From assembly GCA_048013815.1 (NCBI GenBank), contig CM106585.1, positions 248,001 to 312,000 on the forward strand: a stretch of DNA of 64,000 nucleotides, written 5' to 3'. The notes below the pieces were generated by a model. The model was not told where the DNA came from and did not search any database. It saw only the letters and a program-made list of their open reading frames with translations. Shown piece by piece: positions 1 through 12,347 of the stretch; the first letter of the stretch is position 1; every line of letters begins with the position of its first letter. This stretch comes from Setoptus koraiensis (taxonomy: Eukaryota > Animalia > Arthropoda). Both the position numbers and the translations under genes were made by a program.

Positions 1-469
1 ATCATAACAATAAAAAAGAGGGACAGACAGCCACAACAGGTAGTTATCGCGCCGCTTGACTAACAATATCAACATTAGCAAAGCAACTCAATTTTTGACT
101 TACATTTTGTGACATAACAACGATGCTCTCATGTCATTTGGAATTATTTGTTTCGAAGCAACGAGATTTTTCATTCAAATAATGCCTGATGATTAGTTGT
201 TGCTGTCACTTGCAACATTTTTCGTGCTCTACATATTGTGTATTCATGATTTTTTGTTATGTTATGCATTAAGCTGTTGTGAACTAATGACAAGCTAATA
301 AGGAAGACTGAGGACAAACAGTATCAAGACGAAGTAATGTTTGACAATGGAGCTGATGATAATATTGCCATTGATTTATAGTTCCATAGGCTCTATTAAT
401 TGCGACCGCATCATTCAAAGCAGACTCTATTTATTATTAGTTATATTCTCTGTATGTTGCCATGGAATC

Positions 470-473
<4 letters not shown>

Positions 474-525
<52 letters not shown>
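474..525. repeat. (AG)n microsatellite
   Basis: Uninterrupted AG dinucleotide run; it explains the ERERE ORFs at 341..775 and 462..683. Confidence 0.97.
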
Positions 526-526
<1 letters not shown>

Positions 527-1347
527 AACTTCATGTCAGAAACTGGTAGAGAGAGCGAGAGAGATATTCATCAAACAAAGCCAGCGAAAGTTTCCCGAGA
601 GTCTCTGGAAAGTTGTTCGGATCAGCTTGTTGTCTATGCTTTTGGTATTGTTAGCTGGGTGCTGTTGTTGCTGCAGCGACTAACTACTTTCTACGTAATA
701 ATGATAATATTGTTAGAAACAAACACTAACACAACCAGTCACAAGCTAGCTCCACTAAATAGTCTATTGAAATAGGAGAAGCCATTTTATAAAACAGCAA
801 CAACAACATGTGGTTGTTTGCTGATTATTTTCACGTTACGCCAAACAAAACTGCGTGCAGCATACCATTATGTTGTGTAATACTCGATAAGCCTCTCTCA
901 CTATTAGTATTTACATCATGTCTCAGCTGCGAGGTGAAGCTGAAAGGTTGATTACGATGTTATTTGGCTGCATTACAGGTAGTTGTAATATGTTTGCCAT
1001 TCTCACTAGCTCTTTCTCTCTCTCTCCCCTAATTTAGCATTCCATTCAAAACACAAATGATGATTCCTGTTTCGGCGGCTCAATTATTTTTTGCTTCGTT
1101 GTTCGCCTTTTATCAGAGTTCGTGTTGCATTGGTCATATTTGACTCATATCACCTACATGTCACACACCAACTAATGCTTGTGTGTTTGTTAATTGTAAC
1201 AATCGATTTTTTGTTGGTGTCAAGTGCTTCACTTGTCGGGTGTTAAGTGCCTTTCAGGTTTATTGAATTTACAACAAAACTGGCCAACTAGCGACGTCGG
1301 ATAGTCGTCGCCGTCAAAGGATTTGCCCAGAGAGCGAGCAAGTGAGC

Positions 1348-1350
<3 letters not shown>

Positions 1351-1379
<29 letters not shown>
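1351..1379. repeat. (GA)n microsatellite
   Basis: Direct reading of the sequence. Confidence 0.95.
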
Positions 1380-1381
<2 letters not shown>

Positions 1382-1852
1382 AATTAATATTGTAGGTGCA
1401 CGTCGTTCAATGCGCGGTAGTTGTGAGTTTGAGATAGGTAATCGAGAGGAAAAGAGAGGCAATTTAGAGATTATCAACAGCAACTGAGCCACCAGATCAC
1501 ATCGTTGTTCAGTTTATGATCGGAGGACTTAATTGAAATCGAATTACATACTGGAATTGAATGAACCAAACAACAACAATCGACAACAGCGAATGATTGT
1601 AAATTGGCCGTAGAGGCGTCACAACAAACTCCATTAGTGTAGCATCGAAAAATGGCATATGTAAGAGTACTCCCTTATTGAGTCTAAAGTCTGTTTAGTG
1701 ATGATGATTTTAATTTCACTATAACAACACAATTAATATCAATTAACTGTAATCTGTACTGATCAATAGGTGTCAGTCAAAATATTTAACATTATTCTTA
1801 GAGCAACAATTAACGTTATAACGTCAACAACATTTATTTTATCTCCTGTGTT

Positions 1853-4800
1853 ATGAATTGTTCACCAAGTTCGCCAAAATTCATTTCGATAGCATTGGAC
1901 GCGGCAAAAGTGAGCGAAAATCACATTATTAGAGCTGATAGCAGTGCTAACACGACCGCCCCGAGAAGAGGCGATAAATATTCATATCCGTCATTGATAT
2001 CTAACAACAAAACAGTACCAACTATTTATCGTCAGAGGCGTATAAGCAGCAAACAAGACAATCTGTTTCCAGCAGCTAGTGCTGATGAATTAACATCCAA
2101 ACTGCAGTCCATCGATAGCAACAACAACATAGTAGATACAACCAACCAACAACAGTCTAATAATAGTGCCGAGCTATCAATAGTGTCGTCGCAAGATTCA
2201 TCGGATTCCTTTTCGCATTTGTCTCTTTGTTCGTCATCGGAAAAAGATTCCTGTTTATCATTGTCACAAGTGTCACAGCAAACAACCGAAATCGCTAACG
2301 CCAATAGTGAATTTACATCGGACTACAGCTCTATTAATAGCACCAGCAACAAACATTATTTTACTTGTGATAACTTTGACATTGGCAGTGGCAAACATAG
2401 TATTGGCATTTACTCTTTATCATTAAAACCAGGATCTGCCAAGAAGAACAATTCAACAATTTGTAGTAGTGGTGGTAATAACAATACATCAAATATGGAT
2501 AGCTCAATAGAGGAGAAGGTCAGTCAGGCGCAACAAAATCTGTCGGCCAATTCATCGGCATTACACCAAACGGCAAAAATGCAACAAACACCATCAACCA
2601 ACCGAAGCAACTTGTTTGCCGGCGCTCTAACGGCCCCCTCAAACAACCAAACAATTAAAACCAAAAGCAAACTAATATTGCCCACAGCCTTTTGGGCACT
2701 ATTATTGATATTGGGCTTTTGCATTATTTTGCTGTTGTCATCATTGAATCACACACTGAAATCGCTGGATTCACTAATTCGTTTGGAAAAGTCCAACGCT
2801 CAAGACACCAGAGATTTGTCCAGAATGGAGACATTGGCCTCTTGGTTGAGTCTGCCAGCAGCATTGTCATTAGATAATGTTGTCTCGTCGGGTCACCTCA
2901 CCAAAGCACGACACCAGCCCTCTAGCGGAGCACCCATGCCACCCATTTCCGGTTTGGACAAGCTCGTCGAGTCAGCGAGCAACCAGGATGCTGATGCAAT
3001 TATTATGATTGACGGTCGTCAAATAAGTCCAGAAGGATTGCCGTCATTTGATGCACCCCATCGTCACCATGAGAACAGTGACGCTAAAATGGCAAGCGCA
3101 GGCAGCAACAAGCTCATCTCTATCGACATAATGGGCCCAAATGATGATCCCTTAATGAGCGACAGCATGAGGTTACGCGAACCAATGTTATCGAGTGCCA
3201 GTTTCCCGTCTGAATTCAGGAGGCCAACACCATTTGCCGGCACCAGTGGCGATATTGGTGGCGCCGATAAGCAGAGCAGCCAATCACCGTTTGTTGCCTA
3301 CATTGATCATATGAATGTCAACATAAACGCACCAAGCGAGCAACCACAGGATAATTCGGACAACGGTCTTGACGACGACAAAGAATCCAAGTCGTCCGAT
3401 AGCGAGGGCGATGACGTGATCACGCGTGCCTACGAAGACATAATCAAGGACATAATTGCCGGCCCAGGTGAGATGAGCCCGAGTTTAATGAGACCGACAG
3501 GCGACTTTTTCATCAGTGGCAACAGGCCGTCTAAATACAATGATAATCACGAATCACCCTCACTGGAACTGTTTGCATCAATGCCACACCGTCATCATAG
3601 CAGCCAAGACTCAAGTTTGGATTCTCTCATTAAATCGTTGAGTGACGCCGAGCAGCCATCGTTTCGTCTCGACGAACAAAAACTATCCCCCCGTGAACCT
3701 GTCGCACAAATAGTCATGATCGGATCGGGTCCAATGGGTCCTCCCATGTCTCCTCTGTCGCCGTTATTGGCCCCCTATCGCCAACATCCAACCGTCAGAC
3801 CGGACAGACCGCTGTCATTGATATCCGTCATGGACACCGATAGCGATTCCGTGCGTGCACCGTCACCATTCTTGGGCACTGGTTTCAGTAGATTGAATCC
3901 TAATCACGCTCATCATCAACATTTCTCATTCAACAGCGCCGAACAGCAAGACCCGTCGTCGCCCATATCGTTGTTTGGCGATTCGGAGCATGTCAGTGCC
4001 GCCAAACACGGGCCAGCCCCCTATGAGGCCGGCTCATTCGATCAGATATTCAACGGGCCCTCACTGGAAAAGTCCAGCACAACCCCGTTGAGTTCATTGT
4101 TTGCCATGCTGTCTGACACCATTCCACAATCTACGCCCTCCTCTGTGTTCACAACAATTGTCGACGATTTGGATTCGGCACTGAAATCGTCATCATCATC
4201 TAAGTCACCGCTGGAATCAACAAACAAATCAGCGTTAACGTTTAACGATAACAAGGATAAAACAGGCAACGATCACCATCACATCACAGGCGGAATGATG
4301 ATGTTCAAGTTGTCGCCGCAGAACTCGAAGGATTCCGCCGATGCTTCTGACAAACTGCAATCGTTGGCCTCTAGTCCGCACGGCTCAGATGACGATTTTC
4401 TGCAAGGCAGCACGCTGTCATCGTTGGTGAAATTGATCACAAACACCGAGCCATCGCTGATATTTCCAAATGAGGAGCAGAAGTTCAAATTGGCAAGCAG
4501 CAAGAAGCTGGCCGATCAAGACAAGATGCACATTGTCGAGCCGACAGGCTCGTTTGTTTCGGGCGATCTAAGTGATTTGTTGTCGTCCGATGTCGTTGAG
4601 CCGGAGTCTGTTAGTCTGGACGAGCCTTCGAGTAGCAACGAGAAAGACATACCAGTGGCCAGCATATTTAATTTGGACAGCAGCGACGACACAGGCAAGC
4701 CAACACCATTTGACGGTCTAATAGATTCACTGTTCTCGGTTGATCCGGTCACCTCGCTGTCCGCACTGACAAACACCAACTCACCCGATTCGAGTGCACT

Positions 4801-5008
4801 GTTCAAGGAAGTGAAGGACGCCATCGATGTGTCTAGCGACAGCAAGCCACAATTGTCGTCGCAAGCTGTTTTCGGGGACAATGACGATTCAGTTAGGCAA
4901 GTTGTCGATCTAATCAACAACGATGACCGACTGGTCACCGCCGCCCAATCTAGCGGCTCGTCGTCGCCGGCCAGTGTCCCACCAAAAGGTAAGAACAAAA
5001 CCTGTTGA
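1853..5008 (+). CDS. Orphan Ser/Asp-rich low-complexity protein with one predicted TM segment (type II topology); probably exon 1 (1853-4988) of a gene that continues at 5383
   Basis: 1051-codon ORF with a hydrophobic stretch AFWALLLILGFCIILLLSSL. A strong donor AAG|GTAAGA at 4988/4989 lies just before the stop. No family recognised; the true start could be the ATG at 2495. Confidence 0.75.
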   Translation: MNCSPSSPKFISIALDAAKVSENHIIRADSSANTTAPRRGDKYSYPSLISNNKTVPTIYRQRRISSKQDNLFPAASADELTSKLQSIDSNNNIVDTTNQQQSNNSAELSIVSSQDSSDSFSHLSLCSSSEKDSCLSLSQVSQQTTEIANANSEFTSDYSSINSTSNKHYFTCDNFDIGSGKHSIGIYSLSLKPGSAKKNNSTICSSGGNNNTSNMDSSIEEKVSQAQQNLSANSSALHQTAKMQQTPSTNRSNLFAGALTAPSNNQTIKTKSKLILPTAFWALLLILGFCIILLLSSLNHTLKSLDSLIRLEKSNAQDTRDLSRMETLASWLSLPAALSLDNVVSSGHLTKARHQPSSGAPMPPISGLDKLVESASNQDADAIIMIDGRQISPEGLPSFDAPHRHHENSDAKMASAGSNKLISIDIMGPNDDPLMSDSMRLREPMLSSASFPSEFRRPTPFAGTSGDIGGADKQSSQSPFVAYIDHMNVNINAPSEQPQDNSDNGLDDDKESKSSDSEGDDVITRAYEDIIKDIIAGPGEMSPSLMRPTGDFFISGNRPSKYNDNHESPSLELFASMPHRHHSSQDSSLDSLIKSLSDAEQPSFRLDEQKLSPREPVAQIVMIGSGPMGPPMSPLSPLLAPYRQHPTVRPDRPLSLISVMDTDSDSVRAPSPFLGTGFSRLNPNHAHHQHFSFNSAEQQDPSSPISLFGDSEHVSAAKHGPAPYEAGSFDQIFNGPSLEKSSTTPLSSLFAMLSDTIPQSTPSSVFTTIVDDLDSALKSSSSSKSPLESTNKSALTFNDNKDKTGNDHHHITGGMMMFKLSPQNSKDSADASDKLQSLASSPHGSDDDFLQGSTLSSLVKLITNTEPSLIFPNEEQKFKLASSKKLADQDKMHIVEPTGSFVSGDLSDLLSSDVVEPESVSLDEPSSSNEKDIPVASIFNLDSSDDTGKPTPFDGLIDSLFSVDPVTSLSALTNTNSPDSSALFKEVKDAIDVSSDSKPQLSSQAVFGDNDDSVRQVVDLINNDDRLVTAAQSSGSSSPASVPPKGKNKTC

Positions 5009-5382
5009 ACGGCCTTTTTATTAGCCACCGCTTTCGAGTACTTTCACTCGTCCTTCGACACGCGTCCTGCACAAAAACAAAACCACATCCGGTTCCCCGT
5101 TACTCATTCTAACGCGCGCATAATTAATTCATTCAATTAATCACGAATGTTCATAATTAATCACGTTGCTTTTGCATTAGTTACTAATGCCACACTCCCA
5201 TTTGCTTTTGCTTCTGTTGTCGCTTTTTGCCCTTCAAATAACATTGCCCTTCAATTAATATTTCCCGCTTGATTAACATTGCACTGCATCATCAATCCGA
5301 ACAACACTTGACACTAAACAACTGACACGTCGCTCACTCGCTAACTAAACAAATAACATAACGCATAATTAACGCTCGCCAG

Positions 5383-6341
5383 CTAACAACTCATCGTCTT
5401 CGTCACCACCGGCAGCGGGGCCCGCTCCACAAGCGGCCTCGTCCGCCCCTAAGCCACCCGCTCCGCCCGCACCAGCCAAAGAATCTATGACTTGTGAATG
5501 TCACAAAAACACAAACTCCACCGCTCCCCCTGCACCCGCTTCTAGCAGCTCTGCTGCAGCATCACCGTCTCCACCGGGGGCCGCCGCTCCAAAGCCGCCG
5601 GCCTCACCCGCCAGCGGAACGTCTCCATCGGGGGCCGCCGCTCCAAAGCCGCCGGGTCCACCCGCCAATGGAACGTCGCATCCGGGAGCCCAAGCGTCGG
5701 CGAGCCCATTGGTGGGCTTCATCGCCGCTAGGACGCCACCCGCTGCGACACCATCACAAATCAGTCCTCCTCAGCTATTGTTGGCGGCGCTTATGGCCGA
5801 CGAAGCTCCCAAAAGCGGCCCGGCGCCACCCTCGGCCGCAGCACCATCGGCCGCAGCACCATCGGCAGCGCCCCCTGCACCACCGGTTGCTCCACCGCCG
5901 CCTCCACCGCCGCCGCAGCCACGTCCTATGTGGTTCGGGTTCAGAAACAGCTTAATGGGCCAACAGAACTTTTCCACCTCTCCCTTCCCATCCTTTCCCG
6001 GCTTGATGCCAAGACCATGGTTCTTTTTCCCGCCTCCCCCCCTATTGCCTCCTCCAACACCCTCTACTACTCCTGTCGCGGCCCCCAAACCTGCTCCGGC
6101 AGCCGCCGCTGCCTCTGCCCCCACAACCACAACTCCCGCACCGGCTCCAGCCGCCTCCGCCGCTAAACCTGCAGCAGCCGCACCCGCACCCGCAGCACCC
6201 ACAACCACAACTCCCGCTCCTGCTGCCGCCGCAGCTAAGCCGGCAGCACCCGTCACCACAACTCCAGCTCCAGCGCCCGCAGCTGTAGTGACCATCGCCC
6301 TCACCTCAACCACTACACCCGCTCCCCCTAAGAAAGCTTAA
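5383..6341 (+). CDS. Pro/Ala/Thr-rich mucin-like terminal exon, in frame with the 5487..6341 ORF
   Basis: CTAAC branch-like motif at 5341 and acceptor CCAG at 5379-5382. The phase-1 junction G|CT from 4988 gives an open frame to TAA at 6341. GC-rich with internal repeats (GAAAPKPP x2, APTTTTPAPA x2-3). Confidence 0.7.
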
Positions 6342-6810
6342 CTATTATTCATTCAAATAGTTAGATCCTTTGCGACGCAACTTACGCTTTGCACTTGTTA
6401 CGCCGCTCGCAATAATAACATGACATGACATAACATGACACAATAATTCAACCCAATAATAATTATTACCAGATCGTTAAACCTAGATTTCGACAACCTT
6501 AACATGACTAACATAAACCATAACAATTGTTGTGCTCCTCCATATATATGTAATTTATCCCAGAACATTGACAACCCTCTTCCACACATACACCACCAAC
6601 ACACAAAATCCAACAACTCGTATTATAACATTATTTGCTCATTGATCGTCTCGAAAATCTTGATATCTACAACTATGCATAATAATATTAACCGGAATCA
6701 ATACTTCTATCACACAAACAAACCCACAACAACACGATTATCGCACATTAATTATGACCTGTCATATGATGATCAATGGTGGATACTGATAATTGTTTGA
6801 ATCGACATAG

Positions 6811-7214
6811 TTTTGCAAAACAAGTCTCAACCATCTCTGTTTCTTGATGATGGTATCAAGACCCCCTCACAACAACAACAGCAAATCTCTAGTAAGCCAT
6901 TCGAAACTGTTCAACCATCAGCAACAAACAAGCCGGCCATTTCGGTTTCGAATACACTAATTAGTCACAGCGACGATGAGACCAATAAAAAAATCATTAA
7001 AAACGATGAAAAATCAACTATTGGAATCAGTACAGAACCTCCTACTACTGTAACATTAGGCTCTGTTCAATCCACTATTGTCACAACACAGAGGCCTGCA
7101 CCATCGTCGTCATTGTTTGGCGAAATTGGATCTTTGTTTGGTTCGGGTTCCTTGTTTAATACAAACACTTTGTTCAATACTTTGAACAGAATTGTATCAT
7201 CCACAATACAGTAG
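6811..7214 (+). CDS. Possible Ser/Thr-rich exon of unknown gene
   Basis: 133-codon open frame preceded by CATAG at 6806-6810; composition is protein-like but no partner exons were established. Confidence 0.25.
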
Positions 7215-7698
7215 TGTGTAGTTGAAATAATAAAAAAGGAGAATTGTATTGTTTATGTGACAAAATTTGACATTCAACAACAACAACAACAGACAGTTAT
7301 GGTCACAAATCAACAACGTCACCAAAGATTGAAGCGGTCTCGCGGTCACCATCAGAGATATGCAGGGAGGGAGAGAGAGAGAGAGAGAGAGAAAAAAAAT
7401 GTTTAGACAACCGTTGGAGTTGACCATTTTAATCATATTGTAGTTGGCAGGATTGTTCGAGCTTCTTTTGTGTGATGAATTGAATATTAAATCAACAACG
7501 AGATACATTCAATGAAGGATAAAACGACATTGTAGATCATAAATAGAGTTTATTCAATAAAATATCTCTCATTCGCTGATCCGAACCTTTTGTTTCATCA
7601 CATTGACTCTAACACTCCCTTAGCTCGCTCTCTCCTCGAAACTAACAGAATTGTTCTGACAATGTCTCAGAAGTTCTCTGATAGTATCTCTTGATTGA

Positions 7699-8381
7699 CT
7701 ATGTTGCTCTACCAGGATGCCAAGTTTTCATATCGAATTCTTCAATTTCATTGTCACCTCGCTTGCTTCTATGATATTTATAATAGGCTGTGAGTAGAAC
7801 TCTCAAATATTGACTATCGTGTAAATACTTTCTGGCCTCCTGTTCACGATTTACAAGGTAAGCTAGGTGACCTTTACGCCCGGATTTTTTTCTAATGGGT
7901 CTATCCTTGAAGATCTCGAGGAGCTGAGTCCGAAACGGATAACCGTTTACCCGTTTTATTTTTCGTTTTTGGAATATGGTTGGTTGATTGGTTGGTTTTC
8001 TGGTCCTGCCAAATGCACTGTCAAGACTGGCACTCACAGGAGAGCAATCTGCTTTTATAGCCTCCGCAACGCATGTGGCAGGGTGGCGTGTCTGCCAAAA
8101 GACGCTTCTGGGCATGCGCAAGGCCCAGAAAAGACCAGAATATTCCAGAAACAAAAAATAAAACGGGTAAATGGTTACCCGGGTTCGACTCAACTCGTCG
8201 AGATCTTCAAGAATAGACCCATTAGAAAAAAATCCGGGCGTAAAAGTCACCTAGCTTACCTTGTTAGATAACCAAGACCATACACACAGGCGATAACGGT
8301 CGCAACTTCTCCTAGAATGACCCATTTGAATATCTTTTTAAGTGGTGCGTATACCGAACTGATTGGGGTTTTCCTGATCAT
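7699..8381 (-). pseudogene. CEBPZOS: CEBPZOS-like small membrane protein (89 aa) interrupted by a MITE
   Basis: Removing 7854-8263 and one TTA restores MIRKTPISSVYAPLKKIFKWVILGEVATVIACVYGLGYLNREQEARKYLHDSQYLRVLLTAYYKYHRSKRGDNEIEEFDMKTWHPGRAT*. This matches the CEBPZOS pattern recalled from memory (PLxKKIFKxVLxxE...YYK...IxExDxKTW). Confidence 0.78.
7854..8263. mobile_element. 410-bp MITE with ~125-bp TIRs (CAAGGTAAGCTAGGTGAC...) and TTA target-site duplication; PIF/Harbinger (Tourist)-like by TSD
   Basis: Arms 7854-~7978 and ~8140-8263 are reverse complements with scattered mismatches. TTA occurs at 7851-7853 and 8264-8266. The empty site restores an ORF. Confidence 0.92.
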
Positions 8382-8833
8382 CTCTGGCTTATATGTGCAT
8401 TTTTGTCAAGAAAACCCTACCTGAGAAGACACCCACTTTCCTCGTGAGATCTCGATGATTTAATTAGTCTAGTCCAATTGTTACTAGTCGCCGGCAATGT
8501 CACCGATATCGATAGATAATCATGATGGCTATCCCTGTTAGATATTCATAAATATTGTAATATTGTTCATGTGTGGACAACATTTAAAAGAGCACGTGGA
8601 TTTTCACCGCTCACGCTGCATGTCTCTGCCGGCATGTTAAGCTGGAGTATTAACACGCCCTTGCCGCGTTGATTGAGCGAAACAAGACGCCTTGTTTTCT
8701 GCAAAACTAGAAAGTCACTCTCTCCTATACATTTGGAAGACAGATAACGAAACGCAAGGACAGATAAATTTGTTTACACTGTCATTTGTTTACAATCAAT
8801 CCACCATCGGAAATATTAAATTATGATGATTAA

Positions 8834-9823
<990 letters not shown>

Positions 9824-9855
9824 TTTTCTCTAGGTTTAACAATAAAAGCTGATTT

Positions 9856-11349
9856 CTAGTTAAGTTTACGATTCAATGACATCATTAAAACAATCGGTAC
9901 ACAAATTGCCAATCCTCCACCGCAATAACAGGTGACCGAGCCAAATGTCCAGAAACATATCGATGCGACAGTTGGGCCGATTGCTCTGGCTAGGGCACCG
10001 ATGGAACGGAAAACGCCAAGCACAGCACCCTTCTGTTCCGGTGGACCATGAGAGGATACAATTGTGGTCAGGCAAGGCACGATAACGGCCGAAGAGAAGG
10101 CGTATAAAATTAAAGCTCCATATATGTGCGATACAGACGATGCTAATGCCATCATGATGAACGAGGGTACAACAACAACCAGTCCTATTGTTGCCAATCG
10201 AGCCTCTTTTCCTGGTTTCACTCTTCTAATGTACCCACCTTGTATGAGTGACATGATTATTCCTGAGAATAGATACAACTTTCCTTGGTCCATACTGGTA
10301 AAATTGAATCTTAGATGAGTTAAGAAAGAGAGTGTAAATTCCAGACCTGAATAAAATAGTAAATATAAAAAATATATGTAGCCTGTCTGCTGCAATATAG
10401 CTGTTTCTCGTTGAGTCTGGCAGTGTACTGAACGAAATGTAAATAAGGATCGAGGATCAATGTATTGTATCGAATTGTGGAGTATAAATTTGAACGTTGA
10501 GTTAGGCTCTTTTCTTGATGGTTGAGTTCTGGTGTCATTATTGCTGGATTTGTTTTGAGATTGCATAATTTTTTCACCTGCACACCGTTTTGTTTCGGGC
10601 AAAAATGTAGAAACTAGCAACAGGTTGATGGATGAGAGAGCTATAGCGACGGCAGCGGGTATCTTGATAAGATCATCAACGGCGGAAGTGGTCGTGGACC
10701 AAGAGGAGAACAGAGCACCCAACATGGGTCCAATAATGAAGGCCAGCGAAAATGATGACCCTACAATGGCCATACCACGACCCCTAGAATCAGAATCGGA
10801 TGCATCGGTTATAATGGCCAACGACAGGCTTATGTTACTTTTACTTAATCCACCAATTGTGCGCGATAACAGAAACAATATAAATGTTGATGGGGACATG
10901 TACCAAATAAAATATGAGATTACTGTTCCACTCATGGCAATCAGAAGAATTGATTTTCTTCCATAACGATCACTGAGAGCTCCAAAGAAGGGCGATGATA
11001 AAAATTGCAACACTGAAAACCATGATCCAATGAGTCCGCCCAATAAAACACCATTATGAGTATCTTTTGGTAACTGTATTAAAGTTTGCAATTTATCAAC
11101 TTGCTTGTTTAACCAACTGTACAATCCACTGTTATCATGTTGCATATAATGATCAAATATTTTGGGCATCAACGGAAGTATAAGTGTAAACGCTAATAGG
11201 TCAATGAACAAAGTAATGAACACGAGAAGAAATATCCTGTTAGTTGAAAATTTGCCAGATTTTTGTCCATTGGTGTTGTTGATTGCATTGTTGCTATTTG
11301 GACTTAATTTAACATTTGATTGGGAATTAGCTCGTTTTGTAAAAGCCAT
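9856..11349 (-). CDS. MFSD10: MFS transporter, MFSD10/TETRAN type, intronless
   Basis: FIDLLAFTLILPLMP, GALSDRYGRK (MFS motif A), YLLFYSGLEFTLSFLTHLRF, GVFRSIGALARAIGP; about 12 hydrophobic segments. Confidence 0.9.
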   Translation of the reverse strand: MAFTKRANSQSNVKLSPNSNNAINNTNGQKSGKFSTNRIFLLVFITLFIDLLAFTLILPLMPKIFDHYMQHDNSGLYSWLNKQVDKLQTLIQLPKDTHNGVLLGGLIGSWFSVLQFLSSPFFGALSDRYGRKSILLIAMSGTVISYFIWYMSPSTFILFLLSRTIGGLSKSNISLSLAIITDASDSDSRGRGMAIVGSSFSLAFIIGPMLGALFSSWSTTTSAVDDLIKIPAAVAIALSSINLLLVSTFLPETKRCAGEKIMQSQNKSSNNDTRTQPSRKEPNSTFKFILHNSIQYIDPRSLFTFRSVHCQTQRETAILQQTGYIYFLYLLFYSGLEFTLSFLTHLRFNFTSMDQGKLYLFSGIIMSLIQGGYIRRVKPGKEARLATIGLVVVVPSFIMMALASSVSHIYGALILYAFSSAVIVPCLTTIVSSHGPPEQKGAVLGVFRSIGALARAIGPTVASICFWTFGSVTCYCGGGLAICVPIVLMMSLNRKLN

Positions 11350-11936
11350 TGTATGTAATTGGTGTATTGGTTTGTGGTAATTAGATACTTGTTTTGTGTC
11401 CGGCCTAAGTATATATATATATAATATTGCACTAGGTATTGAGCAAGACCAATGTAATCAATTCATGGTGGATGTGGCAGCTTTTTGGCTAAATAAGCAA
11501 ATAATAATACATTTGTTAATCTCCAATGCACTTGTTATTGAGTATTTGTGACAGTTCAGCAGTTTTCTTGTTTCACAAACTGGCCATAGGGACTGCTCTT
11601 GGACTCCTTTATTTCTTTCTTTTTTCCTTACATTTTGTCAGATTGACTGTGTGGATGCTTTGAAACAGATGAGTAAAACAGAGAGATAAATAAACGAAAA
11701 AACAACTGACAGACCAGAGAATCTATTGAACAGATACACTAGTACAAGTGTAGTGTCTCACAGCGAAGAGATTTCCAACTCGTTTGCTGCTGCTGCTGTT
11801 GTTGTTGTTGTTGCTGATGCTGAAGCATAACTGTCTGTTGTTGAAGGCAGCGCTGCCTTTTCCAGTGTCTAGTCAGTGGCTGGTCGACACAGTGGGTCAA
11901 TCGCTCCTTGAAACCTGGTTACATGGCAGCATCACA

Positions 11937-12347
11937 TCATGTTATGTAATATTTGTGAATGGCTAGCCGAAGAATATCCACGCGCAAGTTGATCCAACGT
12001 AACGTTTTTTCATAAACGTTTTCAAGTATTTCAATCAGTGGACAGAGATCATGACAGCCACAAGTGATATCTATAAAATTCACGCGACAGGTTCGTCTGT
12101 CACGCTCGCGAATATCCATACTCGAATACCCGTCCATTGCCGGTGTAGACTGGCCAGTCGTTTCTTGTGAATATCCAACGATATTTTGAATATTTTGTGA
12201 ATATTCGTTTAAATATTCGAAAATACATATCGGATATTTACTTTTGTATAAACACAAAGAATATCCACAGGCAAACTCTGTGAATGTGCTGTGGTGCTCT
12301 GCATATGCGCACAGGCCAACAACCGTCTGCTGTGAATCTCTATTCAA
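11937..12347 (-). CDS. Unassigned 136-aa ORF, possibly spurious
   Basis: Open frame with several Cys and recurrent GYS; no family recognised and no convincing start or first exon. Confidence 0.2.
   Translation of the reverse strand: MNRDSQQTVVGLCAYAEHHSTFTEFACGYSLCLYKSKYPICIFEYLNEYSQNIQNIVGYSQETTGQSTPAMDGYSSMDIRERDRRTCRVNFIDITCGCHDLCPLIEILENVYEKTLRWINLRVDILRLAIHKYYIT

Noticed and set aside
341-1492. ORFs 341..775, 462..683 and 1229..1492
   Set aside because: They are kept open by GA microsatellites and show no protein-family features.
5187-5258. Signal-peptide-like mini-ORF MPHSHLLLLLLSLFALQITLPFN* as first exon of the Pro-rich gene
   Set aside because: It ends in a stop with no GT donor, and the 4988 donor explains the 5383 exon in phase.
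7854-8263. MITE as a clean self-contained intron using both TIR splice sites
   Set aside because: The donor plus the TIR CTAG acceptor leaves 16 extra nt, a frameshift with an immediate TGA.
7699-8271. Two similar ORFs (MTFTPGFFSNGSILEDL...) on opposite strands as a gene pair
   Set aside because: They are translations of the two MITE TIRs.
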